DNA of 64,000 nucleotides, taken from the NCBI GenBank assembly GCA_964016885.1, contig OZ024740.1:179180001-179244000 (forward strand), given 5' to 3'. The position numbers and the translations under genes were made by a program. Below, piece after piece: positions 26,400 to 49,689 of this stretch. This DNA is from Eledone cirrhosa. Lineage: Eukaryota. The stretch's first letter is position 1, and every line of letters starts with the position of its first letter. The notes under the pieces were generated by a model that saw nothing but the letters and a program-made list of their open reading frames with translations, made no database searches and was not told the DNA's origin.

Positions 26400-27200
26400 G
26401 ATGCCTAGATTAAGAAGATTTGATTCGATAATGCTGAGCTCAAACATTGAGAAGTTAGAAAAACGTAGGTCACGAACTGAATGTGGTACATATGCTGAAA
26501 GCAGATTAAAATATAAAGGCCCCCAAAGACTAGGATGAGGTGTGAAACAGGTTAGTTTGTTAGGTCTGTCACACAATGTTTCCTGTGTCTCATAGATGAG
26601 ATACAAAAGATTGACACTCAGATCTATTTAACTAAAAGAAGTATCGAAAAATAGATAAATGTCGAAAGGATGAGTATGATGCTGACGCAGGATGAAATAC
26701 TGAATAAATACATAATGTAGTCTGAAAAAATGGAATTCAATAAGTTTTGGGGAAATAATTTGTTCAGATTAAATAAGCATGAAGAAGTCTGCGCCATTTA
26801 ATATGATTTGGGCAGAATTGTAGCTATTGATAACCTGGACTCAGATGAATCTATACCTCAGGTGTTCTTATCTGACACCCGGTTTAACACCAGCGTCTGG
26901 GACAAGGGCGTCTTTAAAGTGTTCTACTCTGTTAAAAGCGTTAGGGATACGTTTCTGTCTTAGGAATATAATACGCTACTCTTTCCACCAGTCTCAAAGG
27001 CCCTTTAAAGAGTTGCGATGACACCTTTAACGTCTGACTAAACGGTAAAAAGAAACTTATCCTAGATGTGTTTAAAAGAAAAAAATATTTTATATATAAT
27101 CCCACCTCGCTTTTAGCATAGGTTTATAAATGAGAGCTTTTTTTTCTTTGCTGAGAACTCTGAAAATGTGCCATATTTTCATTGTTCCTTTGTATGTTTT
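26400..27200 (-). mobile_element. Highly decayed PLE-like C-terminal fragment
   Basis: LIYETQETLCDRPNK resembles GIY-YIG YIGETGRTL.DR..EH. Confidence 0.35.
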
Positions 27201-27569
27201 TAGATTTATAATGGAAGTCATAATTTAAATGAATTGGATGTTATAACCTGATAATTGTCATACAGAAAAAATGAAACACTGAAAACACATTAACATTAAA
27301 TAATCATAAAAATGTTCGTGTATTCATAAGAAATACAAAGAGAAAAAAGATTATATAGAAAAGTAATGTATATATTTATAATATATCATTCGCTTCTTTC
27401 AGTGTAGAGAATTTGATTCCATAGAATTTAATCATTTTTTCTAAGATGGCAGTTTAAGCTGATATTCCGCCTACTAGAAGAATGATAATGAAGACAAAGA
27501 AATTGAGATGCATCCAAGTGCAATAGTCCTCGTTGTCGGTTTATGACGACTTCTGTCAGATTCTTCAGA

Positions 27570-27626
27570 TGTTTTATTATATATATTTCGAAGGTGTTTT
27601 TCAGTACGTCCTCATCAGATAAAATA
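27570..27626 (-). ncRNA. Minimal type I hammerhead ribozyme
   Basis: tattttat CTGATGA gga...ttc GAAA tatata TA ataaaaca. Confidence 0.75.
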
Positions 27627-27740
27627 TATGAATTGATGTATGACATACCTCAACGGTCTTGCTGGTTCAATTCCAGTATTGGGCTGCCTATACTGGAATT
27701 GAACCACCAAGACCGTTTAGGTATGTCATACATCAATTCA

Positions 27741-27808
27741 TGTATTTTATCTGACGAGGACGTACTGAAAAAACAGCACAGTACCTTCGAAATATATATA
27801 ATAAAACA
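27741..27808 (+). ncRNA. Minimal type I hammerhead ribozyme
   Basis: ttttat CTGACGA, stem II gtactg/cagtac, GAAA tatata TA ataaaa. Confidence 0.8.
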
Positions 27809-27999
27809 TATACTTTGATTGTGTGAATGTCTTCATTTATTAATATTCTGAATAATATTAATAACTCTAGAAAACTTCATTGTAGAGTGCTTTTATTCTA
27901 TTGTAAAACTATATTCATTGAGTAATCAATGAACCATATTAATCTTTCGTTATATATATATATATATATTTAATTGAATATAAAAGAGAAATAAACACA

Positions 28000-28876
<877 letters not shown>

Positions 28877-29112
28877 TATATATATATATATATATAGATA
28901 TTTATATATATATACCTGATTAGTTCTTTCGTTGTTTTGGTATTGTGTGGTTGGGTTTTGCCTGCCGCAATTTTCAATTTGTCAAGCTATCTAAACGTAA
29001 TGTTATTATTTGAAGGACCTAACCTTATGGAGTGCTTTGCTACTCATTCCTAAGTGTAGGTCGACTTTGCCTGGCCACAGCCAAAGCTTCAATTTTACTA
29101 AGCTTCCACTAG

Positions 29113-29179
<67 letters not shown>

Positions 29180-29230
29180 CTCTTTTACTCTTTTACCTGT
29201 TCCAGCCATCCGGCTGAGGCCATGCTGGGG

Positions 29231-29270
<40 letters not shown>

Positions 29271-29858
29271 AATGACAAACGAACAAATGCAGGAGTCAAT
29301 GGTATATATTGTTATTAGCTTCACGCTTGGTGAGAATGGGGAGGGGGATTCGACGTTTTTCGGACATAAGTCCTTCACAGAGTTTTCTGGGGGGGGGGGG
29401 GGGGGGGGGGGCTCCGAGAGGGAGGGGGGGGGGGGCTAGTAGGAAAACATGAAAGGATGGGAAAAATAAAAATAACAATAAATGTAAAACATGAAATCGA
29501 AATAGAATGAAACGGAATATATAAAAAAAAAACAATAAGAAAAACAGAATATTAAAAAATGAGAGGGGTGTATGGGTCCGTGAAGGCAAGAGTGCGGTGG
29601 GGCATAAGGGGAGGGTGGAGGGAGCGAGAGAAGGGGAGCAAGAGAATTGTAGTCCGAGCGGGGATGGCGGAAGGTAAGGTGTGTGTGTGTGTGTGTGTAT
29701 GCGTGGATGTAAGTGTGAGAGTCTGGGAGAAAGCGTGTGTATGTGATTAGGGGCTTTGAAAACGATTGTGTATGTTGGAGTGGAGTGTATGTCTGTGCGT
29801 GTATAGTCCCTGTATGGTTGTAGGTGTATGTGTGTGTGGATGGAAAGGGTCGGATGGA

Positions 29859-29919
<61 letters not shown>

Positions 29920-30215
29920 AATGTAATCTTAATATTTAATGTTTCTGGGTATCACCCTTCACCAATGCAGATCACTGTTCACCTGCCAAACTATCAAAGC
30001 TAATGAAAATATATGATATTTTCTAAAATATCTACCGACTGATCAGCCTGATTTGCATATTAGCAGACTGGCAAAAACAGAGGCTGTTTGCATAATTGCA
30101 AACGAATCGAATATTATTATTAATATTCGAAAAACTCAGATTACATTTATTGTATTCAGCCATATAGAGCGATAATTTATTTATTTATTTATACATTTAT
30201 TTATCTTTATTTATT

Positions 30216-30291
<76 letters not shown>

Positions 30292-30296
<5 letters not shown>

Positions 30297-30419
30297 AACC
30301 AGTAAGACCCCGACAGCTGAGCTCAAGCCGTTTCGACGGCTAATTCTGGACTGAATTAGAATTAGAATTAGCCGTCGAAACGGCTTGAGCTCAGCTGTCG
30401 GGGTCTTACTGGTTCCTAT
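30292..30419. repeat. Palindrome (~56 bp perfect arms) of the hammerhead 3' half, embedded in (TA)n
   Basis: ataggaaccagtaagaccccgacagc... followed by its exact reverse complement. Confidence 0.9.
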
Positions 30420-30495
30420 TACCCACTCTACTACCTCAAGTATTGAGTACTTTGGTGCGTTATGGTCCACCTGGTTCCTTACCACATTTCCTTCG

Positions 30496-33550
<3,055 letters not shown>

Positions 33551-33583
33551 TATATATATATATATTGTTATATATATATATAT

Positions 33584-35208
<1,625 letters not shown>

Positions 35209-35362
35209 TAACTTTGAGTATGTGTTGGCTGTTTACCGACACTTCAGTATGCAGGTTAGGGTACTCGACGAAGTGCGCAGATGGGTCCGTTTACTCCAGA
35301 GTAATGTAAAAACAAGAAGTGTAAGTCAACATGTTAAAATTAACTTCGTTTATTATTATTTG

Positions 35363-35419
35363 CTGCTATATATACTTCGGTGATAATCATTATTCAACAG
35401 CTATGACTTCATCAGGCAG
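35363..35419 (-). ncRNA. Minimal hammerhead motif (GAAG variant)
   Basis: ctgc CTGATGA agt...acc GAAG tatata TA gcag; same family as 38214-38276. Confidence 0.6.
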
Positions 35420-36711
35420 TTAGAACTTGAACAGAAAACATACATACACACATACACACATACACACACACACACATATATATATATATAAATGAAAAAG
35501 AAATTGAAAATAACACTGGATTCTTTAAGAAGGTTTATTTGCAATAACTTACAACTTCACCGGTTTCACAAGTTCACCGGTTTCACAAGTTATTGTAAAT
35601 AAACTATCTTAAAGACTCTAATTGCATTTTCAGCTTTTTTTCATATATCTTTAATCGTGCATAAACACTTACTTTCAGAGCCGGATTTAATGGGGTGCAA
35701 AGGGGACAATTGCCCTCTGCAGTGGGGATTCCCACCAGTGACAGACGTAGCAATTTATTTGTGCCTTGACCTGGGCATTTAATTTTAGGATGGTTAGAAT
35801 TTTTCGATTCAATACCTGTATGTATAAGATTACAATTCCAATTACTAACACCAAGCTAACGTTGATATGTACAATTGGGTGGTTTGCTGTGTATTCTAAT
35901 TTTATGTGTATGAGGGGCCCCCAAATTCTGAAGTTCCCAAGCTTCCCATATATATATTTATGCGTGCGTGGGTGTGTATATGAATATGCGCTTATTCGTA
36001 AGAGTGTATATGAGCCAGTGTGTGTGTGTGTGCGTGTGTGTTTGTACAAGCACCCGTGTACGGAAAGGGCTTGTTTGTGTGTATATATGTGTATTTGCGA
36101 GCTAGTGTGTATCTGTGTGTGTATATATGGATATGGGTACGTGTATATATGTGTGTGCGTGGGTGGAGGGGGGTCTATGATTATGTCTGTACGTGTTTGT
36201 GTGTACGGGTATATATACGCGTATGCATGTGTATGCGCATGTGTGTCTGTATGTTGATGTATATAGGCATGTGGGCATGTGTCTGTGTATGTACGTGCAT
36301 CTCTGGATGCATATATGCGTATGTTTATATGTTTATATGTTCTTAAATGTGTGTGTATAGCGGGCGTCTGTGCGTATAACTGTCGTTATCTATGTAATTG
36401 TGTGTGCGTGTGTGTGTGCGCGCGCGCGTAATTTATTCAAGCAGTAATTTACGAAGCTATGAGCAAAAATATATGAATATAAGGGAGTGTATGTGTGTGT
36501 ATATACAGAGCTGAAAGGGAAAAGTGGAGTGAGCGTATTTTGTTGGTCTGTATTAGCTGTAAGAATATATGTTTCTGACCATAAGAGAGCCATAGGTACC
36601 TAGGGGTGTGTGATAACGTGACGGGGTATTAAAGAAATTTCTGGTGGTATGAGAGAGTGGTGATTGTGATGGGATGGGTGGTCTTTGGTTGATGGATTTA
36701 AAGAAAAGTGA

Positions 36712-37152
36712 ATATACTACTTTAAAACTCATAGCGAATGGTCTTCTAAATGTTTTTAATTAAACATACAGTATTTTGCCAAATATACTATACACAATTC
36801 ATGTATACATCGGTATTTCAGAGCACCAATACTAAAACCTAAATTTTGCTGGACCGGCAATCGCCCTGTATAATCAGCTCCTGATTATTACTGGAATTCT
36901 AGAAGAATCTAGCTTCTATAATTCTCGGCAAAAGTGACAAAGTGTGTGTTCTTGATAAACGCTCACAAGTGAGAAACAGACTACCTGTCGATCACTCTCT
37001 CTTACTTTTGCCGAGATTAAGTAAGAGACCATTCACTACTTTAAAACTGATAGCGAATGGTCTTCTAAATGTTTTTAATTAAACATACACTATATTGCCA
37101 AATATACTATACATACAATCATGTATACATCGGTATTTCACCAATACTAATA

Positions 37153-37153
<1 letters not shown>
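36712..37153. repeat. ~120 bp direct repeat (36712-36835, 37035-37153)
   Basis: actactttaaaact...ccaatactaa duplicated. Confidence 0.8.
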
Positions 37154-37222
<69 letters not shown>

Positions 37223-38213
37223 ATGTATATATGTATATACATATATATATATGTGTGTGTGTATGTGTCCGTCCAAACTGTAGACTCGCAGAAATATTAA
37301 AATTTCAAGAGATTTACCAGCCAGCAACAATTACACAAGCCACAACAAATACAAAAATATCCATTAAAAGGATATAGATTCGATTGATAATATCTCGTTT
37401 AGTAACCTGCATGTAGATTTTTCTATTATGTTAGTTCTTCCCTACATAAAATATATAACATAATAATATATTTATTCTAATAAGCTCAACACAGTGTTTT
37501 TCCGTTATACTCAATATTTCCTGCCTTAAAAAAATAGCGAAAACAAAAAAGAAATATTGCTCCACAAGCCATTAAGTTCGTCTGTTCCAGTATTCTTGAA
37601 TTTAATCCCCCCCCTCTCTCTCTCTCTATATATATATAAAACGAAGGAAGTATGGTAAGGAACTTAAGTTCAGAAATAGCTGTCGAAACGGCAGGAGCTC
37701 AGCCGTCGGGGTGCTGACTCTTTTCCTATATATATATATATAATAAAATGTGGAGAAGAAACACACGAGTTGGAATATATAGATAGGGAGAAAAAAACGA
37801 TTATTAGGAAGAAAAATATATTTTATCCCGTTATTTCTTTCTTTTTTCTAAAAAGGGAAAACACGGACGGCCATTTGTCTCCTTCAAGAATGAACATCTT
37901 CAAGCGATCTTGCCATAAAAACAATGTTTGAACTGCTTGTCTTCAAAAACCATGTTTGTAAATAATACTATTCTTTCTTTCCCATTACCTTAACATGTTT
38001 AACATCACCTTATTTTGTATTCAAAAACCATGTTTGAAAATAATATTATTCTTTCTTTCCCATGTCCTTAACACGTTTAACATCACCTTATTTTCTCTTC
38101 TACACTTTGAACAAACACAAATTCCTTTTTTTCGCTCCTTACTGCATATCAGCGGAGTAACAAGCTACAATCTATTACAACATTATGTTTTCCTGTTTTT
38201 TCTGTTCAAGTTC

Positions 38214-38276
38214 TTACTACCTGATGAGGTCATATCTGTTGAATAATGGTTATCACTGAAATATATATAGCAGTGA
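38214..38276 (+). ncRNA. Minimal type I hammerhead ribozyme
   Basis: ttactac CTGATGA ggt...act GAAA tatata TA gcagtga, then AATAAA and (TA)n. Confidence 0.7.
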
Positions 38277-38334
38277 ATATGAATAAACGAAGCTAATTTT
38301 AACCTATTGACTTACACTTCTTGTTTATATACAG

Positions 38335-38433
<99 letters not shown>

Positions 38434-39587
38434 TATACATACATACATATATATATATGTATATATATATAGACTATATATACATATATTAATATCTGTA
38501 TTTTTAACTGTTGGTCAATCAATGAGAAACATTGATTGTAAGATAAGTTAACTACGGAGGTATAAAATATACAGAATCGAAAACCAATCCAAACCAAACA
38601 GTGAGTGTTTTATTATTATTTTTGGCAATACTATAACAATATGACCCGCCCCAAATATAACAATATATATATATAATTCTTTCCTATACCTACGTAAAGC
38701 TTCCCCATGAAATCCTCACATGGCTAATGTCAAATATCTCTTCTAATTATATATCTACGCTTTAACATATATAACAAAGAACACATTTTATGAACACACA
38801 CAACACCATAAACGCCAGAAACGCTATTGCTGGCTAAACCCATTAAAAAGACATGACATACGCACACAGGTCATACACTTCTATATGATGACTAACAAAA
38901 TTCGAAGCCTATTGACCAGTATCGAACCTTTTCTACGTGTATATTTATCAAAGTTAAGCAAATGAAACATGCATCTATCATTTTCTAAATACGAAATTAC
39001 TAGTCACTAATTACACTAAATAACAGCCACGATCTTAGAGCCACTCAACATTAGCCAACTGCTACAAAAACAATCAGAGAATACTTATATATGAGAAGAA
39101 CACTCTACATGGCATATCGGTATATATATTTTTCTGACATGTTTTCTGAATTAATTTATTAATATACTTATTTTGTCGTCATAGTACTTGTCCAATTGGC
39201 ATACAAAATTGGCCAATGGACACGCCCAGGAATGAGCATCATGACAAGATATATAATTCACTTCTATATAAAATATGTATAATTAACATCTTGTTTTCTG
39301 AATAGTGGTTGCTGCAAATATGCGTGGGTCCATCTGAGGATGTCGGTCGGATCCTCTGTACCAGTAAACAGTATAAGTTTTGTTATTGTTATGCGTGGGA
39401 ATGTGGTATCCGGTATAATTCTGCGGGAGAAATCTGTTTATAACTTTATGCCTAATGTGATTTGTAGCCGGCATTTTATGGTGGGTTTAGGTGCATAAAC
39501 AGTATTTGATTGGGTTCTTGATAAGGAGTCAATTTGTTGGAATTACGATAGATTTGATAAGTATGGTAATCCCTCCCTCTCTTTCTT

Positions 39588-42601
<3,014 letters not shown>

Positions 42602-44060
42602 AACCACTGCAGATTATGCCTAGCTGAGGCGGCGGAAATAATTAAACTTGATTCCGCCATAAACTATAGGTCGGACATAATTGTCAATTGCAGACACACT
42701 AGGATGCACACCTTTTCTGCACAAACTTTCGCGGGAGGACCACGCACTAACCATGACCCACCATAATAATAACCACATCTGCCCCGTATCACCATCGCCC
42801 ATCTCAACGAACTTTAATTCTAATCTAACTTCACTTTATCTTATTTCATAGCATTGCATGTAACCATATGTAAGCCCGTATTTTGTATATCATGCCGCAT
42901 ACATAACCCACACCAAAAATCACACTAACCACGACCCACCATATTAATAACCACATATACCCCGTCTCAACATCGCCCACCTCAATGAACTTATTGTATT
43001 GTACTCCATGTAACCATTTCTAAGCCCCCATTTGTATATCATGCCGCACACATCACCATCACTACCACCAACATTCACATCAACATACACACCTCATCGT
43101 TGCAACATCGTATTAGATCGGTATCCTATGATACGTTCTACCTTGCAATCCACAATGACAAGGGACCTTGTAAATACTATGTCGATCATATCACACCATC
43201 GCCACCACCACCACACCACACATCGTCATATTCCTACCATACACGCCTACAACCTCATCCCCCCATGTACCCTCTATCTACCCTAACCTACAACCCCACG
43301 CTAAATTCGACCCTGTAATTGTACTGTCGCACGCACACACAACCACAGCCACCATTAGATACATCCAAATACCTCAACAATCATTATCATTAACATCATC
43401 AACACATATCACCCCTCGCTCCCAGATCGACTGTATTATAGACCCCCCACCACCGCCTGCCTTACCCTATAACACACCGTAACCTCTGATCATGTAATCA
43501 TCATGTCGAACACATCACCCCAGCGCCACCACCATCACCATGTCCACAACACACATCGCCGTACGTCCATAAACACCTTCTAACCGGTATTCGATCCTGT
43601 ATATATATTTTTTTGTCCCTCACAACTCCACCACCACCACCACCACAAAACACAACTCCATACTTCACCAACACCAACAACGCACACCCCCACTCCCCAA
43701 CCAACAATAGCGTGTGTGTCGGTGTGTAAGTATTCTTACACATACGGACGTATGAGTGTGCGTGCGTGTACGCATAGTTATTGTATGTGTGTGTGTGTGT
43801 ATGTGAGTGCAGGTGTATACATGTGTGTATGTGTGGGTACGTATCTGTATACATATATATATGTGTGTATGCGTATGTGTATGTATGTGTGTGTGTCTAT
43901 ACGTATGTGTATGTATGTGTGCATATGTGCACGTCTACATATAGGTATATGGGTGAATCTGACTATATGTGTAGGTGAGCTCATGTGCGTGCACGTATGT
44001 TTATATGTGCGTGTATATCTGTGTGTTGTATGTAAATGAGTGTGTGTGTGTATATCTATG

Positions 44061-44105
<45 letters not shown>

Positions 44106-44560
44106 GTGTGTGTATATATATGTGTGTGTATATATGTGCGAGAGTATACGTGTGTGTGAGTGAGTATGTGTATATTGTGTATACGTGAGTGTGAGTCCAG
44201 GTGCCCATACCCATATGTATGTATGGGCATATATATGTGTACGTATGTATGTAAAACACCTTCTACATTGCTTGTCACCTTCCCCCCATCTCCGTCGTTC
44301 GCCACCCCCAACGATACTCCCCCCACTCTCCATATTCGTGTTCGCACGCGCACACGCACATACATGTGTGTACATATACATATGGCCGCGTGTGACCGTG
44401 TGTCGATATGTGTGGGCAGGGATGTAAGTATGTGTGCTGGATGTGTTTATACAACAATATGTGTGCACATATATACCTATATATGTGTGTCCGTATAAGT
44501 ATATACAAGTTATCTGCCAGACGATGACCGACTAGCTATGTATCTGGGTAATGACCTTGA
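42602..44560 (+). mobile_element. 3' end of a second PLE family (endonuclease C-terminus plus long CA/GT-rich 3' UTR)
   Basis: NHCRLCLAEAAEIIK...NYRSDIIVNCRH matches the PLE C-terminal CxLCxxE...N.R.E....CRH motif. Confidence 0.7.
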
Positions 44561-45512
44561 CGCCACCAATACATCCGCCACACCAAATTTGAAAATTAAC
44601 GAAGAGAAAAAAAATTAAGGTTTGTGTATTGAAGGATTTGAGAAAAATAATGTGAAGTTAAGGTTTGTATATTGAAGGAATTGATAATATGTGCGAAGAA
44701 AAAGTTAATATGTATTGAGAATGAGTTAGATGATAGGGAGAAAAAAATAATGAATTAAGGATGAATAATCTGGCGTCAAAACAAATGTATATGTTTACGA
44801 AGGATTTTTCAAGGTGAAAGTAGAGTAACGGTAATGAGTAAACAAGTATTATAGAGTGTATAATACCCTTTGAAATAAGGTAGGAAGATGGGTATATTTT
44901 AAAAGAGTCGTCTTGAATTCGTTATGAGTCTCTTTTTTATAAAAGGATGCTACAGAGTCTACGATAGATAATGATTACACTATTTTTGAGCAACAACTCT
45001 AGTCCCACACTTTTGAAGGTTTATTATAACATTCTGTGGCTCTTTTGAGCTTGCGCATTTTTCAGGTCTAGTATATATATGATTGGTTTCATGAGCAGCT
45101 TGGTAAGTGGTCAATTTCTTAGAATTTCGATAGGTGTTTTGATAAGAGTATGGTAATCTCTCTTTCTCTCTCTTTGTATATTCTTTGTATATTCTCTCTG
45201 TATATTCTTCCATTAAAATTTATTTCCTCGTTCACTTTGACTATCTTCACTATCACTATGTATAATCGTTCTTTCTTTCTTCTTCTCTCTTTCTCCTTCC
45301 TTTTCTCCTCTCTCCCTTACATATCCTCTTCTTCCAACAGTTTTATTAAAATAAACCGTTATCTTTTCAACTTTTCGGACACTCATTTGCATACTCACTC
45401 ATAACTTTGTATTACCCTCAATAAAATATTATCTCCACTATCCAGGAAGCTCCAACCGTTAAGGTTGTCTTTTTTTCCGGGTATGTCAATATTTATTTAT
45501 AAAACAAACCTG

Positions 45513-45580
45513 TATTTTATCTGATGAAAGCGCACCGTAATTTGCCTTGGTTGCCCTTGAAATATATATATAATAAAATA
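45513..45580 (+). ncRNA. Minimal type I hammerhead upstream of a PLE ORF
   Basis: tattttat CTGATGA aag.gcacc...ggttgc.ctt GAAA tatatata TA ataaaata. Confidence 0.8.
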
Positions 45581-45765
45581 AATATGGTTTTATAAATATA
45601 GTTTCCATTTATTAATATATTGTGTATTTACTCCACTATCTTGTTGAGTGCTTTATATCAGTTATAAAAATGTTTAAGCTTGTTGAATCCCAACAAATTA
45701 AATATAACCTCTGCATATATTTAGCTCCTTTATTGTTGAACGCTTTAAATTATAACTGATTAAAA

Positions 45766-47420
45766 ATGGAATTCTTTAGGATAGGATCTCTTCTTCTCTA
45801 AAAGACATACCTTTACCTAAGAATAAGGACTTTCTAAAACAAGTTATAGAAAAATCGGACTCGTTTATAAGAAGACTTAGATGGCGTGCTTTTCATTTCG
45901 ATAAAAAATTTGATGCGAAAGAAAATATTTCCAATCTTGATAGAATCTTCAAATCCAAAAAGAATCCACCTTCCAACAAACAATTAATGGAACTTGAAAA
46001 TGAGATTATTTCTATCATACAAAACATTAAATTTAAGAAAAATCATTTTGTAGGCCAGGATTACCTCAAATGTCATAAAAATAATATAGAAAACTTAAAA
46101 AAAACGGAAAAAATTCTTGTTAAATCAGATAAAACCAACAATCATTATGGAATGGAAAAGGATGATTATCAATACTTTACATAGGAAAATACCAGAGATG
46201 ACCGGTGGTTTATATCGCGGCGATATGCTATTGCTTATTGATTATTATAATTGTTTCTATTTTAGGCACAAGGCCAGCAATTACCCAGTACATTACTTGA
46301 AAATAATAATAATTGTGAAATAAATAGGAAAAGAAAAGAAATTATACAATTTTCTAATAGCTTTAATTTTAAAGTAGAAGTAGAGAATAATTATAAAATA
46401 GTTAATTTTTTAGATGTTAAAAATGTTAAACCTTAACACTAGTCTTTATTATCCATTTCATAAAAATCAATGAGAATTTAAACTGTTAACTTTAATTCGA
46501 ATCAACCCAGATCTGTTAAAAACACTATTGTAAATTCTGTGCAGCAACGTATTTCTAGAATTTCAGCGAATAAAATATATTTGATGATAAGGCACAATAG
46601 TATAACGAAGCGTTAAGTAGAGCAGGCTATAGTAATGAAATTAAATAAATTGATAATAAGGATGTGCCAATTAACCATATATATAATTATAATTATAATA
46701 GGAAACCTTGCACTAACTCGAAAATCAAAAGAAGAGATAGAACTAGAAATATATTATGGTTCGCTTCCCCTTTCTCATTAAGTATTAAAACTCCAATAGC
46801 TAAACTATTTTTTAAAGCTCTAGATAAGTGTTTTCCTAAGACACACAGGTATTACTCAAGCTTTAATAGACATACTATTAAACTCTCATATTCCACCACT
46901 ATGAATTTAGCGCAGAATATTAATAGTATTAATAATAGAAACCTAAAACCTAACCAGAATACCTCTAGCAATATCCAATATAATGTTACGGCTCCAAATA
47001 ATATAAATTCAGATAAATGTAATTGTAGAAATAAATCTAACTGTCCTCTAAATAGTTAGTTAAAAATATAGTATACGATTGTAATGTCAAAACCAATGAA
47101 AATTCCTTCAACTATGTCGGCTCTACTTCCACAGACTTCAAATCTCGTTTCAATAACCATAAATGTTCCTTTCCGAATATTGGTAAAAAAATCTTCAACT
47201 TCTCTATCCAACTTATTATGGAACTTAAAATCCAAGAATATTAACTATTCGTTATCTTGAGAAATTATCTCCAAAGCTCCATCATACACAGCTCTATTCA
47301 AAATTTGTTCCCTTTGCGTTGAAGAAATATTCTTTATACTAAAAAGTAAGAACTCTATTAATTTTCATAATAATTTATTTAGTTCTTGTAAACATCGTTA
47401 AACTAAACTTTTAGGTATAT
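45766..47420 (+). mobile_element. Decayed Penelope-like element (Naiad-like) with internal RT deletion
   Basis: SLKDIPLP..IEKSDSFIRRLRWRAFHF, KSDKT, GGLYRGD, NFLDV, RNILWFASPFS, CNCRNKSNCPL, YVGSTSTDFKSRFNNH, CSLCVEE. Confidence 0.9.
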
Positions 47421-47759
47421 ATATAAAATGTAATATATGGTTAATCTCCTGTACATAACATTTTCTATATCCAACCACCTACATCATCCTTCAGATTATA
47501 TCTATATATGATTCATATATACTTAATTTACTTTCTATTATCTCTACTTCATAAATATACTTTATATTATTACACTTATCAATAGATTATAACGTTTTTA
47601 TATGACTACTTGAAATTCTCTTAAGAAAGATTTTCCTTGAAAAACTTTCTGCAGGTTTCAGAAAATTCTTGATAAACCTTTTGGAGTTCCTTCGAAAGAT
47701 ATGGAAAAACTATTATTTTTATATCTTCCAATATTTTATATCTTCAAACATTTTTAATA

Positions 47760-48030
47760 TATATCCAAATATTTATATATATGTGGAATAACATATGGCT
47801 TTTATATATATGTGGAATAACCTATGGTTTATTTTTAATTATATTCTTAAGATACATTTTTTAAAACTTTATAACATTTATGACATCTTACAAAATAATC
47901 TATGGTTTATGTTTTAATTATATTCTTAAGATAAATTTGACTTCTTATAAAATAACATATGGTTTATGTTTTAATTATATTCTTAAGATAAATTTTTTAA
48001 CTTTATAACATTTATGACTTCTCATAAAAA
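47760..48030. repeat. AT-rich imperfect minisatellite
   Basis: Recurrent tatggtttatgttttaattatattcttaagata units. Confidence 0.7.
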
Positions 48031-49689
48031 TAAAAATAAAAACTTTTTAAAAAGTTTTTTTATGTATCGTTGTAGTCATTTGAGTTCTTAAAAAATTACT
48101 TCTGACTTCCTTTGTACTTCCTTACTGTTTTTATAATCTAATTAAGTAGTTAATCCTTTGTAAACTCTCTTAAATCTTCATAAATTTGGAATTATTTGGA
48201 TGTTGACTTACAACTATTAATAAATATAATTTTGCCAAACTTACTTTAATCAAATAAACTATACTAGATTTTCTCTAATGTAAAATACTATACATGTAAA
48301 TCAAAGATAACATACAACTAATTTGATTGCATGAACGGAATAATTGTTTGTTCATGACTTGTAAAAAATGAAAGAAATGCGAAACTAATTAAAGAAAAAT
48401 GCTTTGATTTAGTTAATTTAAACCGGTTTACAATTAACGCCAGATTTCCACATTATACTTACAGATAAACAACGTAAAACTCTCTTATGAAAGAATAAAC
48501 ATGCAAATGTTTGTAAAATAATTGTTTTAATACATTAAACGTTTCTATTACAAAGCACATAAAACAACTGATGGTATATACTTCCAAATCCATTTTTCAA
48601 TTAAAGTATATACAATTTATTTTAATTTGTGTAAATCTAGCGTAAATACTCTAAATAATTGTTCATTGCGAGGAATTTGATATCACAACGGAAGTTGTTT
48701 TTAACTTTATTTCGTATCTTTAGATATATTGAGGGTATTTCTCTTTATGTACTTTGATGTTATAATAATGACTGATAAAATAAAACATTAACCGACATAT
48801 ATTTAAATAGATACTAAGTGATACAAATAAATATTCATGTGTGATGTTGATTTTATTGTATCGTATTGACATCAAATAATAATTAAACTTCACACACATT
48901 CCAACTAGAAAACTGTAGAGATAAACATTAAAATAACTGAAAAAAAATAAAAAAATTTAAAAGTATATTTACAAAAGTGGTAAATAAATATACAGGAATA
49001 AATACCAGAATCGTCATCGTTAGTAGAATGTATCATTAAATGAAAATAGTTTAGTGAATTTCTTCAGAATCTGTATAACTGTCAGGGCCTATGCACATTT
49101 GAGTGGGTGAACTGTCATATGTGAAACAATTCATAGAAAGGTATTCTACTACTGTTAAACTGATTAAACAATGATAAACAATGACTAATTGCACAGATTT
49201 ATAACAGAAACATAGACAACAATTATACATTTATCGTGGCACGGCATCTTCGACACGGAACAGGAATATATGGGACTAGCCGATAGAAGAGGAGAGTTGT
49301 GAAAGCATTAATGTTGATCAGGCCATTCCAAATTTCTGACAGATACCAACTAGATCCCAAATGCACCAGTGTAGATACGAAACAATCACATTTATTAGGT
49401 GCGAGGATAGAAATAGCAGAGGGTGTCCACTATTAAAAACGGGCCACAAATTTATGGTGTGCACGGCCAAGCTAGCTATAACCCGTAGACAGAGATTCGG
49501 TTGCTGAAATCAGAACCTGTCTTCCCAACTCGTAATGCTTACAGAGACCAGATTAATATACTAATTTTCCACCAGTTGACAGATACAAACATCAACAGCT
49601 TGTGGTAGTGTACTCTCAAGAGAATAGAACATAATTTATAGCATTTAACAAGGAATTAGAGAGAAGAAACAAAAGAATGGAGGGAGATT

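Noticed and set aside
29345-29390. CTGTGAAggac-ttat-gtccGAAA motif (and CAGACGA...GAAACGTT at 59140-59172)
   Set aside because: Probably decayed PLE hammerheads, but core nucleotides are mutated; not called as features
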